Source: Chiloscyllium plagiosum (taxonomy: Eukaryota). From it: 64,000 nt of DNA. Made by a program: the position numbers and the translations under genes. Shown here piece after piece: positions 50,910-62,869 of the stretch. A model generated the notes under the pieces. That model was not told the DNA's origin and ran no database searches. It saw only the letters and a list, made by a program, of their open reading frames with translations. Position 1 is the first letter of the stretch; each line of letters begins with the position of its first letter. The stretch is taken from NCBI RefSeq assembly GCF_004010195.1, contig NC_057755.1, positions 11,125,928 through 11,189,927 of the forward strand, in the 5' to 3' direction.

Positions 50910-53900
50910 GTAAGCAAGTGGGAGTTAATCTATTTTGCACCAAAATGAAGAATAGATTTGGATTCTGTCCAGATGGAATGAGGGTTAAACACAGTCAGAT
51001 ACCCCAAGAGACGTGGGGATTCCGAGACATAGATCTTTAACATGACACAAACTACTCAAAAAGCAAATGGAATGTGAGCTTTTATGTCCAGGGGATTGAC
51101 GTACAAGGACACAGAAGTTATGTTGCAGTTCCACACGACCCTGGTTAGACTCCACATGGAACACTGCGAGCAGATCTGGCTGCCACACCTCAGGAAGGAT
51201 AGATTGGCTTTGGAGGGAGGACGATGTAGATTTAACAAGAATGATACCTGGAATTAAGAGGTTAAGTTATGAGGAGAAATTATAGAAATTAGGCTGAGTT
51301 TGTCTCGAGTTAAGAAAGTTAACAGCTGATCAAAATCTTGAAGATATCAACGGGCAAAAAACAGGGTAGACAAAGATTAACTATTGTTGAGGATTGGTAG
51401 GATTAAGGAATATATTGTGAGAATTAGGACCAGACTATTCAGGAGAGATGTTAGGAAGCATAGCTATAGACAAATAGTGCGAGATGTTTGAAACTGTGTT
51501 CCACTGAAGTCAGGGGATGCTGGATTAGTTGTGGGTTTTAAATCCGAGATAGATTTTTTTTTGGTAAATAGCAGTATTAAGGAATATGGACTAAAGGCAG
51601 GTATGTGGAGTTAGGCCACAGATCAGCCGTTGAATGGCGGAACAGGTTGGAATAGCTGTTGTTCTTATACAGGTATTGATTGTATTCTTATGCAACCACA
51701 TGTTATAGACAAATCGCGCTTTAGGGACAGTGTTTAAAATGTTGACAAAGTAAGCCAACATGTGCAAAAAGTTTGTGCTTTCAAAACACTGTCCCAATTC
51801 GTCAATCACATTATGGCGAATTCACATTAATGAAACACGTATTATAGCAGAACGATCTGTGTTGCTCTGTCACTATCACACACACTCACACTCATATCTC
51901 TAACAGTACCCTCTTCTAGATTCTCTCTGTATCACACACGCTTTCACTTTTTAAAAACACAAATTAGCAACTAAGTGAATAGAACAGAGATGCATGGCCA
52001 GGTGATGTGTTGTACCTACATGATGGTGCTATCTCAAATTCAGTCGTTGGTCAGTGACAGGAGGGCGGTGACTATAAGTGAGGCAGGTAGAGTTACCCAG
52101 GAGATGGTGCCAAAGGAGTCTCAGCCCCTGAACATGTCGAACAGGTTTGAGATTCTTGCTCGCTGTGTGGATGAGAGTCAGGGATGTAGGGAGGATGAAC
52201 AAACTGACCATAGCAACGTGCTATAGGAAGCCATTCAAGATGGTGGGGAAAAGGGAAATATAGTTGTAATCAGTGATAATATTGTTGGGGAATAGAGACC
52301 AGGATCAAATGCCACAAAGTCTGTGTAGCCTGCCTGGTTGCTGATTTCAGGATATCTCATTGGCACTGGAGAGGAATTTGGAGTGGGAAGGGAAAAATCA
52401 AGTTGTCATGGTCAATGTAGGTGCCAACTATACAGGTAGAAAGAGATAAGAGGTTCTGTTGAGGGAATATGAGCAGCTAGGTCCTGAAATTAAAAAGCAG
52501 AACCGATAAGGTAATCATTTCCTGATTGTTACCTGAGCTAGTTGGCACAGTGTCACCAAGATTAAAGAGGTGAATGAGTGGCTCAAGGAGTGGTGTCAGA
52601 GAATTGGGTTCAAGGTTGATGGGCCATTGGTACCAGTACTGGGGAAGGAGAGAGCTGTTGTGATAGGATAGGATCCACCTGAATCATGCTGGGACCAGAG
52701 TCCTGGTGAGTCACATAACTAGGGCAATGGATAGGGTTTTAAACTTAACAGTGAGGTGGCGTTTAAGTGTCTGAGAATTATAAAATCAAAGGTAAAGGAA
52801 GAGGTAGAATGGCCAGTTAGTGAGGGGGCTGTTTGTTCTCAGAAAATAAAAGGAAGGGGCAGAACGTGTGAATGTCACATTGTACCAAGGGACCAGAAAA
52901 ATGTTGGGACATTCAATAATAGACAAGGATTTTTTTCCCAGGGATGGCGGAGTTAAGAACTAAAGGGCATAGGTTTAAGGTGAGGGGGCAAGATTTAAAA
53001 GGGACTTAAGGTGCAACCTTTTCAAGTAGGAGGTGTTGCATGAATGGAATATGCTGGCAGAGGAAGTGGTAGAGGCTGGTACAATTACAACATTTAAAAG
53101 CCATCTGGATGGGTATATAAATAGGAATGGTTTAGAGGAATATGGGACTAGATTGATTGAGGATATCTGGTCAGCGTGGATGAGTTGGACTGAAGGGTCT
53201 GTTTGTATGCTGTACAGCTTTGTGAATCGAACAAACTTGAAGACTTTGTACCTTAATACTCAAAGTGTTTGGAATACAGTAGATGAACTGATGTCACAAA
53301 TCAAGATCAATGAATTTTATCTCACAGGCATTATCGAATTGTGGTTACAAGGAGCTCAAAACTGGGAAGTTAGCATTCAGGGTTATTTGGTCAATCACAC
53401 AGACAGGAGGGAAGGAAAAGGTGGTGGTGTACTCCTGTAAATAAGAGGTGAAATGCAGACAGTTTTAAGAGATGATCTAAGTCTGGATGATGTGGTGTCG
53501 ATTTGGGTGGAGATAAAATAAAACAGCAAGGAAAAAGATGACATTGGTGGAAGTTCTGTATAGACTCTCCAGTCAATAGCCACTCTGTGAAAAAGGGGAA
53601 AAAAAATCAATCAATAATTGGGGCATGCAAAAAGATTCATACAATTTTAATGGGTTCCTTTAATCTTCATGTTGCTTTGGTTAATCATATTTTAAAGGGT
53701 AGCTACACCACAAATTCATTGAGTGCATTTCTGATAATTTTCTGGAGTAATACGTCATGGAGCTAACGTTCGGGAGGTGGAGTGGGGGGGGCCTAGTGGC
53801 ATTATCGTTTGTTCTGGGTTTCTGGATTGATAGTCAATGTTCTGGAGACCTGGGTTAGAATCCCGACACGACAAATGGTGGAATTTGAAGTCAATAAAAA

Positions 53901-54210
53901 ATATCCACAATGCAGAGCTGAGTGATTACCATGAAATCATTGTCAATTGTTGGAAAAACACCCATCTGGTTCACGACTGTCCATTAGGGAAGGGAAGTTG
54001 CCATCCTTATCTGGTCTAGCCAACATGTGACTCCAGAACCACAGCAATGTGGTTGACTCGCAACTGCCCTCCGTCATGGCCTGGCAAGCCACTCATTTGT
54101 ACCAATCGCTAACCAGGGAGCAGGCTATCCTGGATGTGGTAATGGGAAATGAGGCAGGTTGAAGAAATGATCTCTGAGTAAAAGATCCCCAAGTAAGTAG
54201 TTATCATAAC
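50910..54210 (+). mobile_element. Cluster of old CR1 fragments (3' end, ORF1 esterase, endonuclease) and a tRNA-SINE at ~53780-54100
   Basis: SNRFEIL, LYLNTQSVWNTVDEL, DRREGKGGGV; CR1 tail at 52925-53220. Confidence 0.7.
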
Positions 54211-54269
54211 CAGGACACCTGTTTGGCGTGAGTGACTTGGACTAAACGGTCTGTTTCTGGGCTGTATTT

Positions 54270-54720
54270 TATTCTAATAGATTGGAGAGAGCTTTACCTG
54301 TAGTGAGCTGTGTTTTCCTGTCCTGGGAGTATGTGATGCAGATAATGAGGAGAAAGCACTTCTTTTAATTTAAAAGAGTAGAGAAAACTGAACTATGTAT
54401 TGAAACTTGGGCTGGGATTGTTTTATTGGGAGAGTGTAGAGGCAGCGTTTTTCTCTATCTAACATCGTGCTATCTCTGCCCTGGGAGTGTTATGATGGAG
54501 ACAGTATAGAAGGAGCTTTCCTCCATATCTAATCCCATGCTGTCCATTTTTGGGGAGTATTTGATGGGGGAAAGCATAGAGGGAGCTTTAGTCAGTATCT
54601 AACCCAATACTATCCCTGTCCTGGGAGTGTTTGATGGGGATAGTACTGAAGGAGCTTTTCAGCTAGTTTTATTTTAAATGAGGAGAGAATGCTTTAATCT
54701 GTAATTAACACTCTGTTCTT
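54270..54720 (-). repeat. ~60-66-bp satellite-like repeat, reverse orientation
   Basis: ctgtcctgggagtgtttgatggggacagtgtagagggagcttta..tatctaacc units. Confidence 0.8.
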
Positions 54721-55099
54721 TCCATCATAGAATCCTAGAATTCCTGCAATGTGGAACGAAGCCATTCAGCACATCAAGTCTGCACTGACCCTCTGAAGAA
54801 CATCCTACCCAGACTCAATCCCCATATCCCTGGAACGATACATTTCCCTTGGCCACCGAGCCTACATATCCTTAGATTCTGTGGGGCAATTTAGCATGGC
54901 CAATTCACCCAACCTGTGCATTTATGGATTGGCTAGGAACAGTGTAGAGGAGCTTTATTATCAGTTTAAATGTAAAAGTTTACTGTTAATTTAGTAAAGT
55001 GCTCAGTGTCACTCATTATCTGCATTGATTTACCTTCTTAATTTGAAGCGTAAGTAAATACCTTCCATTTGAGATAAGAAACAGAATATCCAGTGGGGT

Positions 55100-56180
55100 T
55101 TGGTTCTACTTGTCAATGTTCAAAGGAGAATTCTCATGACTGTTCTGACGTTACACCACCTTCGTTGTACATTCTATGTAAACATTCTCTATGTGCTATT
55201 GCTACTCTTTTAATATCCATTCATTTCCTGAAGCCCCATTTTTTGATGATTCCTTTGACGTTCGTACAACTGCCTTTACCCTCCAAGTTTGTTATGTCCA
55301 GTCTTATGACAATCAAAGCACATTAATTTCTTTATGCCATTTTTTTGTTTCCAACCTTTCTCTTTTCTTACTTTGACATCATTCTGCCTGTTCAGTAAAA
55401 AAATACTTTGTTCATCTACAGCTCCTCTATTCCTCTAATTTCCCTGTGGACTTCCATTTAACTATTTCATCACCTCTGCGAGATTTCACAGGTATCTTCC
55501 ACAACTGCTGGTTCTCTGATCATGAAGGCCTGTTCATCAATATAAGGTTCATTGTTAATTTGAGGGAATGTTATTTCTGAATTCTTGCATGATTATATTT
55601 TCCCTTACATTCTCATTTTTTTTTTGTCTGGCTTCAGTGATCTAAATCACTAATCCCATGGAATATCTTTCTCCCTTGCCAATTCCACAAATATCTGATG
55701 AGGTTTGCTACTTGTCCTAGATTTCAATTGATAAGCTTCAGGCATAAGCTTACAAACATTGCTAATTGCCTCTTTAATAGTTTCCTACTCTGCAGATATT
55801 TCTACTGGCACACTGGCGTACACAGTCATAGCTTTATTTGTCAAAATGTGCTATAACATGTAGGTCCAAGAATCTTTTGACCACTTCATCTGTCCAGCTA
55901 CCTTCTCAAATGAGCTAAAATTCCTTTCAACCCCATCCTCAGTGAATTTAGGCAGTAAACATCGACTCTCGGTTATATCAAATCACTCCTTAGAATCAGC
56001 ATCCTCCTCCAAGACATTACCTCCACACACTTCCCTTGCTCTAATACATTCTTTGGCCAAATCATATTGTCTAAATTTCTTACTTTACTGAAGTTTGAGA
56101 TTTATAAATGCAAGTCTCGTCCTTTTTCTTTTTGTCCAGGTTCTATTATCCCTTTTCTTAAAATTTTAATGCAAGTTCTT
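55100..56180 (-). mobile_element. Ancient Gmr1-type gag remnant
   Basis: Minus strand LLPKFTEDGVERNFSSFEKVAGQMKWSKDSW...KLMPEAYQ, with stops. Confidence 0.65.
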
Positions 56181-56224
56181 TTATGTCTAACTGTACCTTA
56201 ATATAATTGCAGCCCTGGAGCATC

Positions 56225-57490
56225 GTAGGTTCAGGGACAGCATGGGGTTAGATACTCTCTCTACGCTGATCTCATCAAATACTACAAAGACAGTGAAAGC
56301 ACAGAGATAGATACAGAATAAAACCCCTTTACATTGTCCTCATTAAATATAGAGGGACCTCAATTATTGAGGATTCAATTAACCAAATTTTGGATTATCT
56401 AAACAAGATCACAAGGTTCCGATACCTAGCTAACTATGTGTCTGACATTCAATTATCCAGCATTCAATTAACCGAACAAAATAATCCCCTCCCGTGTCCT
56501 TCAGATAATCGAGGTTCCCCTGTACACCCAGGACAGAAACAACTTGTGGATAGGTATAGTCTAAAGCTTAAAGTCTACTCTTAAACTGAAAGTAAAGCTC
56601 ATACTACTCATTTCAACTGAAAGTAAAGCTCCCTCTACACTGACCCCATCAAAACTTCCAGGACAGGTACAACAGAGGATTAGATACAGAGTAAAGCCTT
56701 CTCTACACTATCCCCAATCAATCGCTCCCAGGACAATTACAACACATGGTTAAGTACAGAGCCTCTACATCATCCCCATCAAACACTCCCAGGACATGGA
56801 CAGCAGGTGGTAAGATACAGAGTAAAGCTCCTCCTCTCATTTAAACAGGAAGCAAAACCTCCTTTACACTATCCCCAACAAACAATCCAATGACAGTTAC
56901 GGGGTAAAACTCCCTTTACATTGTCCCCATCAAAGGCGACCAGGACATGGACAGTGTGGGATTAGACATAGAGTAAAGGTCCCTCTACACTGTCCCCATC
57001 AAACATTCTCTGGACAGGGACAGCACAGGGTTAAATACAGAGTAAACGTCCCTCTAATCATTTCCACTGCAAGTAAAACTTCGACACTGACTTTAGTAAG
57101 GAATCCAAGATAAAGGCCAGCATGAGCTTAGGTACACAGTAAATCTCTCTCTCTACACTGGTCCTATCAAACACTCCTAGACTAAGGACAGCACAGAGTG
57201 TGATATGGAACAAAACTGCCTCTACACTGTCCCAATAAAACATTACCAGAACAGGGACAGCACAGGGTTAGATACAGAGTAAAGCTGTCTCTAATCTTTT
57301 ATACTGAAAATAAAACACAACTCGACCCACCCTCAGCAAACACTCCAATGACAGGGACCGCATGGGGTTAGTTACAGAGTAAGGTCCTCTCTATTCTTGA
57401 AACTGAAACTAGAGCTTGCTCTACACTGTCTGCACCACACACTCCCAGGACAAGAAAACCGAGGATTAAAATAGAATAAAGCTCTCCCTA
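56225..57490 (+). repeat. ~60-66-bp satellite-like repeat
   Basis: gggttagatacagagtaaagctccctctacactgtccccatcaaacactcccaggacagggacagcac units. Confidence 0.9.
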
Positions 57491-57502
57491 ATTTACTCAG
57501 AA

Positions 57503-57990
57503 TTCCCTGTCCTATGTAGTGTTTGGCTTGTCCTATAATAGTACTGCACAAGGACTGCACAAAACACTACATAGGACAAACAGGAAGACAGCTAACGGTC
57601 CGCATCCATGAGCACCAACTAGCCACGAAACGACATGACCAGCTATCCTTAGTAGCCACACACTCAGATGACAAGCAACATGAGTTCGACTGGGACAACA
57701 CTACTATTATAGGACAAGCCAAACAGAGAACAGCCAGGGAATTCCTAGAGACATGGCACTCATCCACAGATTCAATCAATAACCACATCGACCTGGACCC
57801 AATATACCGACCACTGCAGCGGACAGCTGGGACTTACAACCGAAAGCGGCAGAGATAAACCACTATAAATGCCGGAGGAAACATCACAGAAGCGCTTCAC
57901 AGGAGGCTTCCAAGCACTGAGGATGTCACCTAGACAGGGGAATGAAACGTCTGCAACACAAATTCCCAGCTCGGCGAACAGAACCACAAG
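57503..57990 (+). mobile_element. Penelope-like element 3' end with GIY-YIG endonuclease and pLTR
   Basis: KDCTKHYIGQTGRQLTVRIHEH...REFLETWHS..SIN; short inverted pieces at the 5' junction; GCA-CTGAGGA...GAAAC-GTC-TGC at 57914-57954. Confidence 0.9.
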
Positions 57991-58908
57991 AAAATTTCAA
58001 AGAACGAATGATATGAAAGGATGAAGATAAAGACAGTAAAGTTGATCTGTTTAGCTCAGTTTCTTTCATGGAAATGTTCAAATGGATTTGAAATTGAAAG
58101 ATTTATAAAAATCAGCTTACTAGAAGTTGATTCAGAAACAATATCTGAGTGTAATTTCTTAAGCGCTATGGAGATAGGGCTGTAGAGTGGGACTAGCTGG
58201 GTAAATCTATCTGGAGCTGGTATAGATGCAACGGACTGATTTGTCCTTCTGTTCTGTAAAATTCTATGTTTCTACTCTGCATTGTTACTTGAAAGACAAA
58301 GTATCGATAAGGAATTGAGACCATCTCAAAATACCAGCCAATGGGGAATGGGTTGTAGTCCAGGTCACCGCCTAGTGGTATTTTCACTGGACGGTTAATC
58401 CAGAGACCCAGATAATGTTCTCAGGATCAGTTTCAAATCCTACCACAGCAGATGGTAGGATGCGAAGTTAATTAAAAAAATCAGGAATTAAGAGTCTAAT
58501 GACCGCTATTCATTGTCAGAAAAAAACCATCAGGTTCAGTAATGTATTTGAGAGAATGAAACTCTTATCATTACTTTGCATAACCTATGTGTGACTCCAG
58601 ACACATGACAATGAGTGGTTGACTCTTCAGTGTCCTCTGGGTAATTGGGATGGCCAATAATGCTGCTCTGGCCAACAAATCCGTTATCCTGTGATTGATT
58701 AAATGTATTCTGAGCAGAATCCCTAGAAAGCAGAGAAAGGCAATTTGACCAATTGAGTCTGAACCCCCTTCTCCCGACAGAGCACCTGACCCAGCCTATC
58801 CCCATAATCCTGCATTTATAATGGCTAATCCACATGATCTGCACATCCCTTGACACTATAGGCACTTTAGCATGGCCAATCTAACTAACCTTTTAACTAT
58901 AGGAGGAA

Positions 58909-59113
58909 AAAGTGAGGACTGCAGATGCTGGAGATCAGAGCTGAAAATGTGTTGCTGGAAAAGCGCAGCAGGTCAGGCAGCATCCAAGGAGCAGGAGAAT
59001 CGACGTTTCAGGCATGGACCCTTCTTCAGGAAAGGGCTCATGCCCAAAATGTCGATTCTCCTGCTCCTTGGATGCTGCCTGACCTGCTGCGCTTTTCCAT
59101 CCACACATTTTCT
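58909..59113. mobile_element. PLE hairpin insertion inside an HE1-like SINE (~58720-59250, minus)
   Basis: 13-bp TSD actataggaggaa at 58896-58908 and 59114-59126; minus strand CTGAAGAAGGGTCCATGCCTGAAACGTC. Confidence 0.8.
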
Positions 59114-59369
59114 ACTATAGGAGGAACCTCACACAGACATGGGGAGAATAGCAAACTCTACACAGACAGCCACCCAAGACAGGAATTGAACCCAGATCCA
59201 TGGTACTTTGAGGTAGCAGCACTAACCACTGAGCTAACGTGCCACCCCATTAATCGCATCTTACGAGTGGCTGGTGAAATTCCAAAGGCAGCTCACTTAG
59301 GAATTAGGGGATAAAAGGCTAAAATATTGAAGTACTTTTATTGTCCAGGAATTTTCTGTTTTTCAGCGA

Positions 59370-61270
59370 CAGCAGCAACTCGAAGGTTGGGAACTCAGAG
59401 AGCAGAGGTTTCTAAGAAAGGAGGGACTTCTTTTTATTTCCGTCCAGCTATATAAGTCAATGTTTTCTTAACCTGAGACCCTCCCATTGTAGGGCCTCTC
59501 ACCCAACCACCTCCTCCTAACCTTAAAGAACAGGGACAAATCAGGTAAGCGTCGTTTCTTTTTCACTTTCTGATAAGGGGACCAGCAGGGATGGCAGTGC
59601 AGGGAGAGCAATGTTCCTCCTGCATGATGTTTGAGGTCAGGGACGCCATTAGTGTCCCACCAAGTACATCTGCAGGAAGTGCACCCAACTCTCGCTCCTT
59701 CAAGACCGTGTTAGGGAACTGGAGCGGGAGCTGGATGAATTTCGGATCATTCGGGAGGCAGAGGCTGTGATAGATAAGAGTTACACCTAGGCACAAAGAA
59801 AGCTGTGTGAATGTTTGAAGGGGGAAAGAAAGCAGTCAGTGGAGGGATCCCCTCTGGTTGTTCCCCTGAAAAACATGTATATCGTTTTGGATACTATTGG
59901 GGGAGTGGGGGGACTTACCAGCGGTATGCAGTGGGGCCCAAGTCTCTGGCACGGAGCCTGTCCTTGTTGCACAGAAGGGAAGGAGGGAAAGAAGGAGAGT
60001 GTTAGTCATTGGGGACTCGATAGTTAGAGGCTTAGATAGTAGGTTTGTTGGGAATGACTGAGACTCGCGGTTGGTGTGTTGCCTCCCAGGTGCCAGGGTC
60101 CGTGATGTCTCGGATCGTATCTTTGGGGTCCTGAAGGAGAGAGTGACCAGCCTCAAGTTGTAGTCCATGCAGGTACCAACGAAATAAGTAGAAAGAAGTA
60201 TAGGGATGCAAGGCAGGATTTCAGGGAGCTAGGGTGGAAGCTAAGAGCTAGAACAAACAGAGTTGTTATCTCTGTGTTGGTACCCCTGCCACATGATAGC
60301 GAGGCAAGGAAGAGATATCAGCTGAACATGTGGCTGCAAGGATGGTGCAGGGGGAAGGGTTTCAGGTACTTGGATAATTGGGGCTCATACTGGGGAAGGT
60401 GGGATCTCTACAAACAGGGTGGTCTTCACTTGAACCAGAGGGGTACTAATATCCTGGGTGGGAAATTTGCTGGTGCTATTCGGGTGGGTTTAAACTAGCT
60501 CAGCAGGGGGATGGGAACCTGAGGTGTAGTTGCAGTGCACAGGAGGATGAGAGTAGGGAGGACAGGGACAGGATTTCAGGGTCACAGGAATGTGCTAGAA
60601 GTCAGCAAACTGGTTAGAAGTGTGTCTACTTCAACGGCAGAAGTATCCGAAATAAGGTAAGTGAGCTTGCACATGGATAGGGACCTGGGACTTTGATATT
60701 GTGGCCATTTCAGAGACTGGATAGAGCAGTATGAGGAATGGATGTTGCAGGTTCCAGGGTTTGGATCTTTTATTAAGAACAGGCAAGGTGGTAAAAGAGG
60801 GGGAGGTGTGGCCTTGTCAATCAAGGATCGTATAACGGTGGCTGAGAGAACTTTTGACAAGGGCTCATCTACTCATGTGGGCTGAGGTTAGAAACAGGAG
60901 AGGAGAGGAGAAGTCATATTGCTTGGAGTTTTTTATAGGCCACCGCAGAGTTCCAGGGAGGTGGAAGAGAGGATTGGCAAAACTATTCTGGGTAGGAGTA
61001 AAAGGAACAGGGTGGTCATTATGGAGGTCTTTAACTTCCCCAACTTTGACCGGAAATGCTATAACTCTAGTACATCAGATGGATCAGTTTTTGTCCAATG
61101 TGTACAAGAGGGTTTCCTGACACAGAATGTCGAAGGACCGACAAGAGGGGAGGCCACACTGGATCTGGTGCTCGGTAATGAACCAGGCCAGATGTTTGAT
61201 TTAGTTGTAGGTGAGCACTTTGGAGAGAGTGACCATAATTCTGTTATGTTTAGTTTAGCAATTAAAATGG
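59370..61270 (+). mobile_element. CR1 LINE 5' half (ORF1 zinc finger plus SGNH esterase, ORF2 endonuclease), degenerate
   Basis: MAVQGEQCSSCMMFE..ICRKC; VIGDSIVRG; LHLNQRGTNIL; GVFYRPP; PTRGEATLDLVLGNEP; SDHN. Confidence 0.9.
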
Positions 61271-62869
61271 AGAGGTTCGATTTGAGACCCTTACTCCTCC
61301 TGATTATAAGGATACATGTCCTCTCTTGCTATCTATAATGGGAGATAGCTTCTCTGGTTACTTCATTGTAGCATTCCTCACCTTCTCAATACTCTAATTG
61401 TCTTATCTTTCACTGTGACTGGTTAGCATCTAGTTAGTTTCTAATCCCTGATGAAATATATCTTCAGTAAATAGCAATAAATGCCCTATTCCTCCCTGTC
61501 AAAATGTTCATGTTAGCTGTTATTCTGTGCACCACCTCCTTTTTCCACATTTTTGATTAATTGTGATCACTTTCAAGACCTTGAAAGACCTCTTATGTTA
61601 ATAGTTTCTGCCCGGACTCAATCTTCCATTTCAACGTTTGTTCCCCCACTTCTTTATTTGGAACTATTTTGCATTTATCTCTATAATCTCTCTTTAGGCT
61701 ATCAACCTCCTCTCTCTCCATCTGATCTCTCTCCCTCTCTCACTATCCACAAAGCTCTGTGTCTTCTACGTTCCTCAATGTTGTTGCTTTGTTTTTTATC
61801 TTTCTTTATGAAGATTCAACACAGAATGAGACCTGAACTCAGAACCACCCTCCCCCATGTCTGTGCCGGTGGACCCAACAACCCATCCCTCTCTGGCCAT
61901 GAGATCAGGCATCACCCTTAAACCCCAGATATGCAACGACCAAACATAGACCCTGACAGGCCCTATATCTCCAGCCCACTCGGCCTTACTGCACACAGTT
62001 ATCTGTCCCTCATCACTTTGATATCAGGCATTAAACTCCCATCAACAGCAGTTGGCAGATTACTTCTCTGGCATTCTTCTCACAACACAGTCAAAATTCT
62101 GCTGCCATCCCAGCTGCGATCCCACCCACATACAAGTGGGCATTCAAAACCCTCACCAGTTACATACCTGGCATCTTGGCACCCTAACCACCTTGCACCC
62201 TATGAAAAAGTTCTACATTGTATGAAGGCCAATTTTGACGGCATTAGGCAAGAACTTTCAAAAGTTGATTGGGGGCGGATGCTCACAGGTAAAGGGAAAG
62301 CTGGAGAATGACAGGTTTTCTGGTGAGTGTGTTTCTCACATGGGTTGCTACATCAGGTGCCATAAATTACGACCCACCTGGCACTTTATTCTTACAACAC
62401 TGTCAAATCACACTTACGTTGTGCATTATAAGACAGTTCTAGCCAGGAAAGATCTGTCAGGATGGAAGTACGGTTCCACATTCCTGAGGGTAACACTGAA
62501 TGAGAATCTCCTCACAGAAATGCAGAGCTCTGTTCTTTCATCAGAAAGAAAAGGGCCTAATAGCAATCCGTGTGAGATTCCCACTCACTAGAAAACCCGT
62601 GCCAGTATTTTGTTGATTTTAAAAGGCGATAATGAAGGAACAGTGACATCTCAGTCTGGTACAGAATAGCTTTATTGCAAACTGTAGTGTATGGTTCTAA
62701 CTTTCAAAGATATTTCACATCTAAATTTTTAAATTTTAACTTTGTCTCATTATTTTCTACTTAATACGAAGAAGAACTGTAATGTTTTGAAACTGACCAT
62801 TTGTACCGAAGAAACTTTGTACCTAAGATGTCCATGGGAACTCCACTTTTCACTGTACTCATGTACTTC

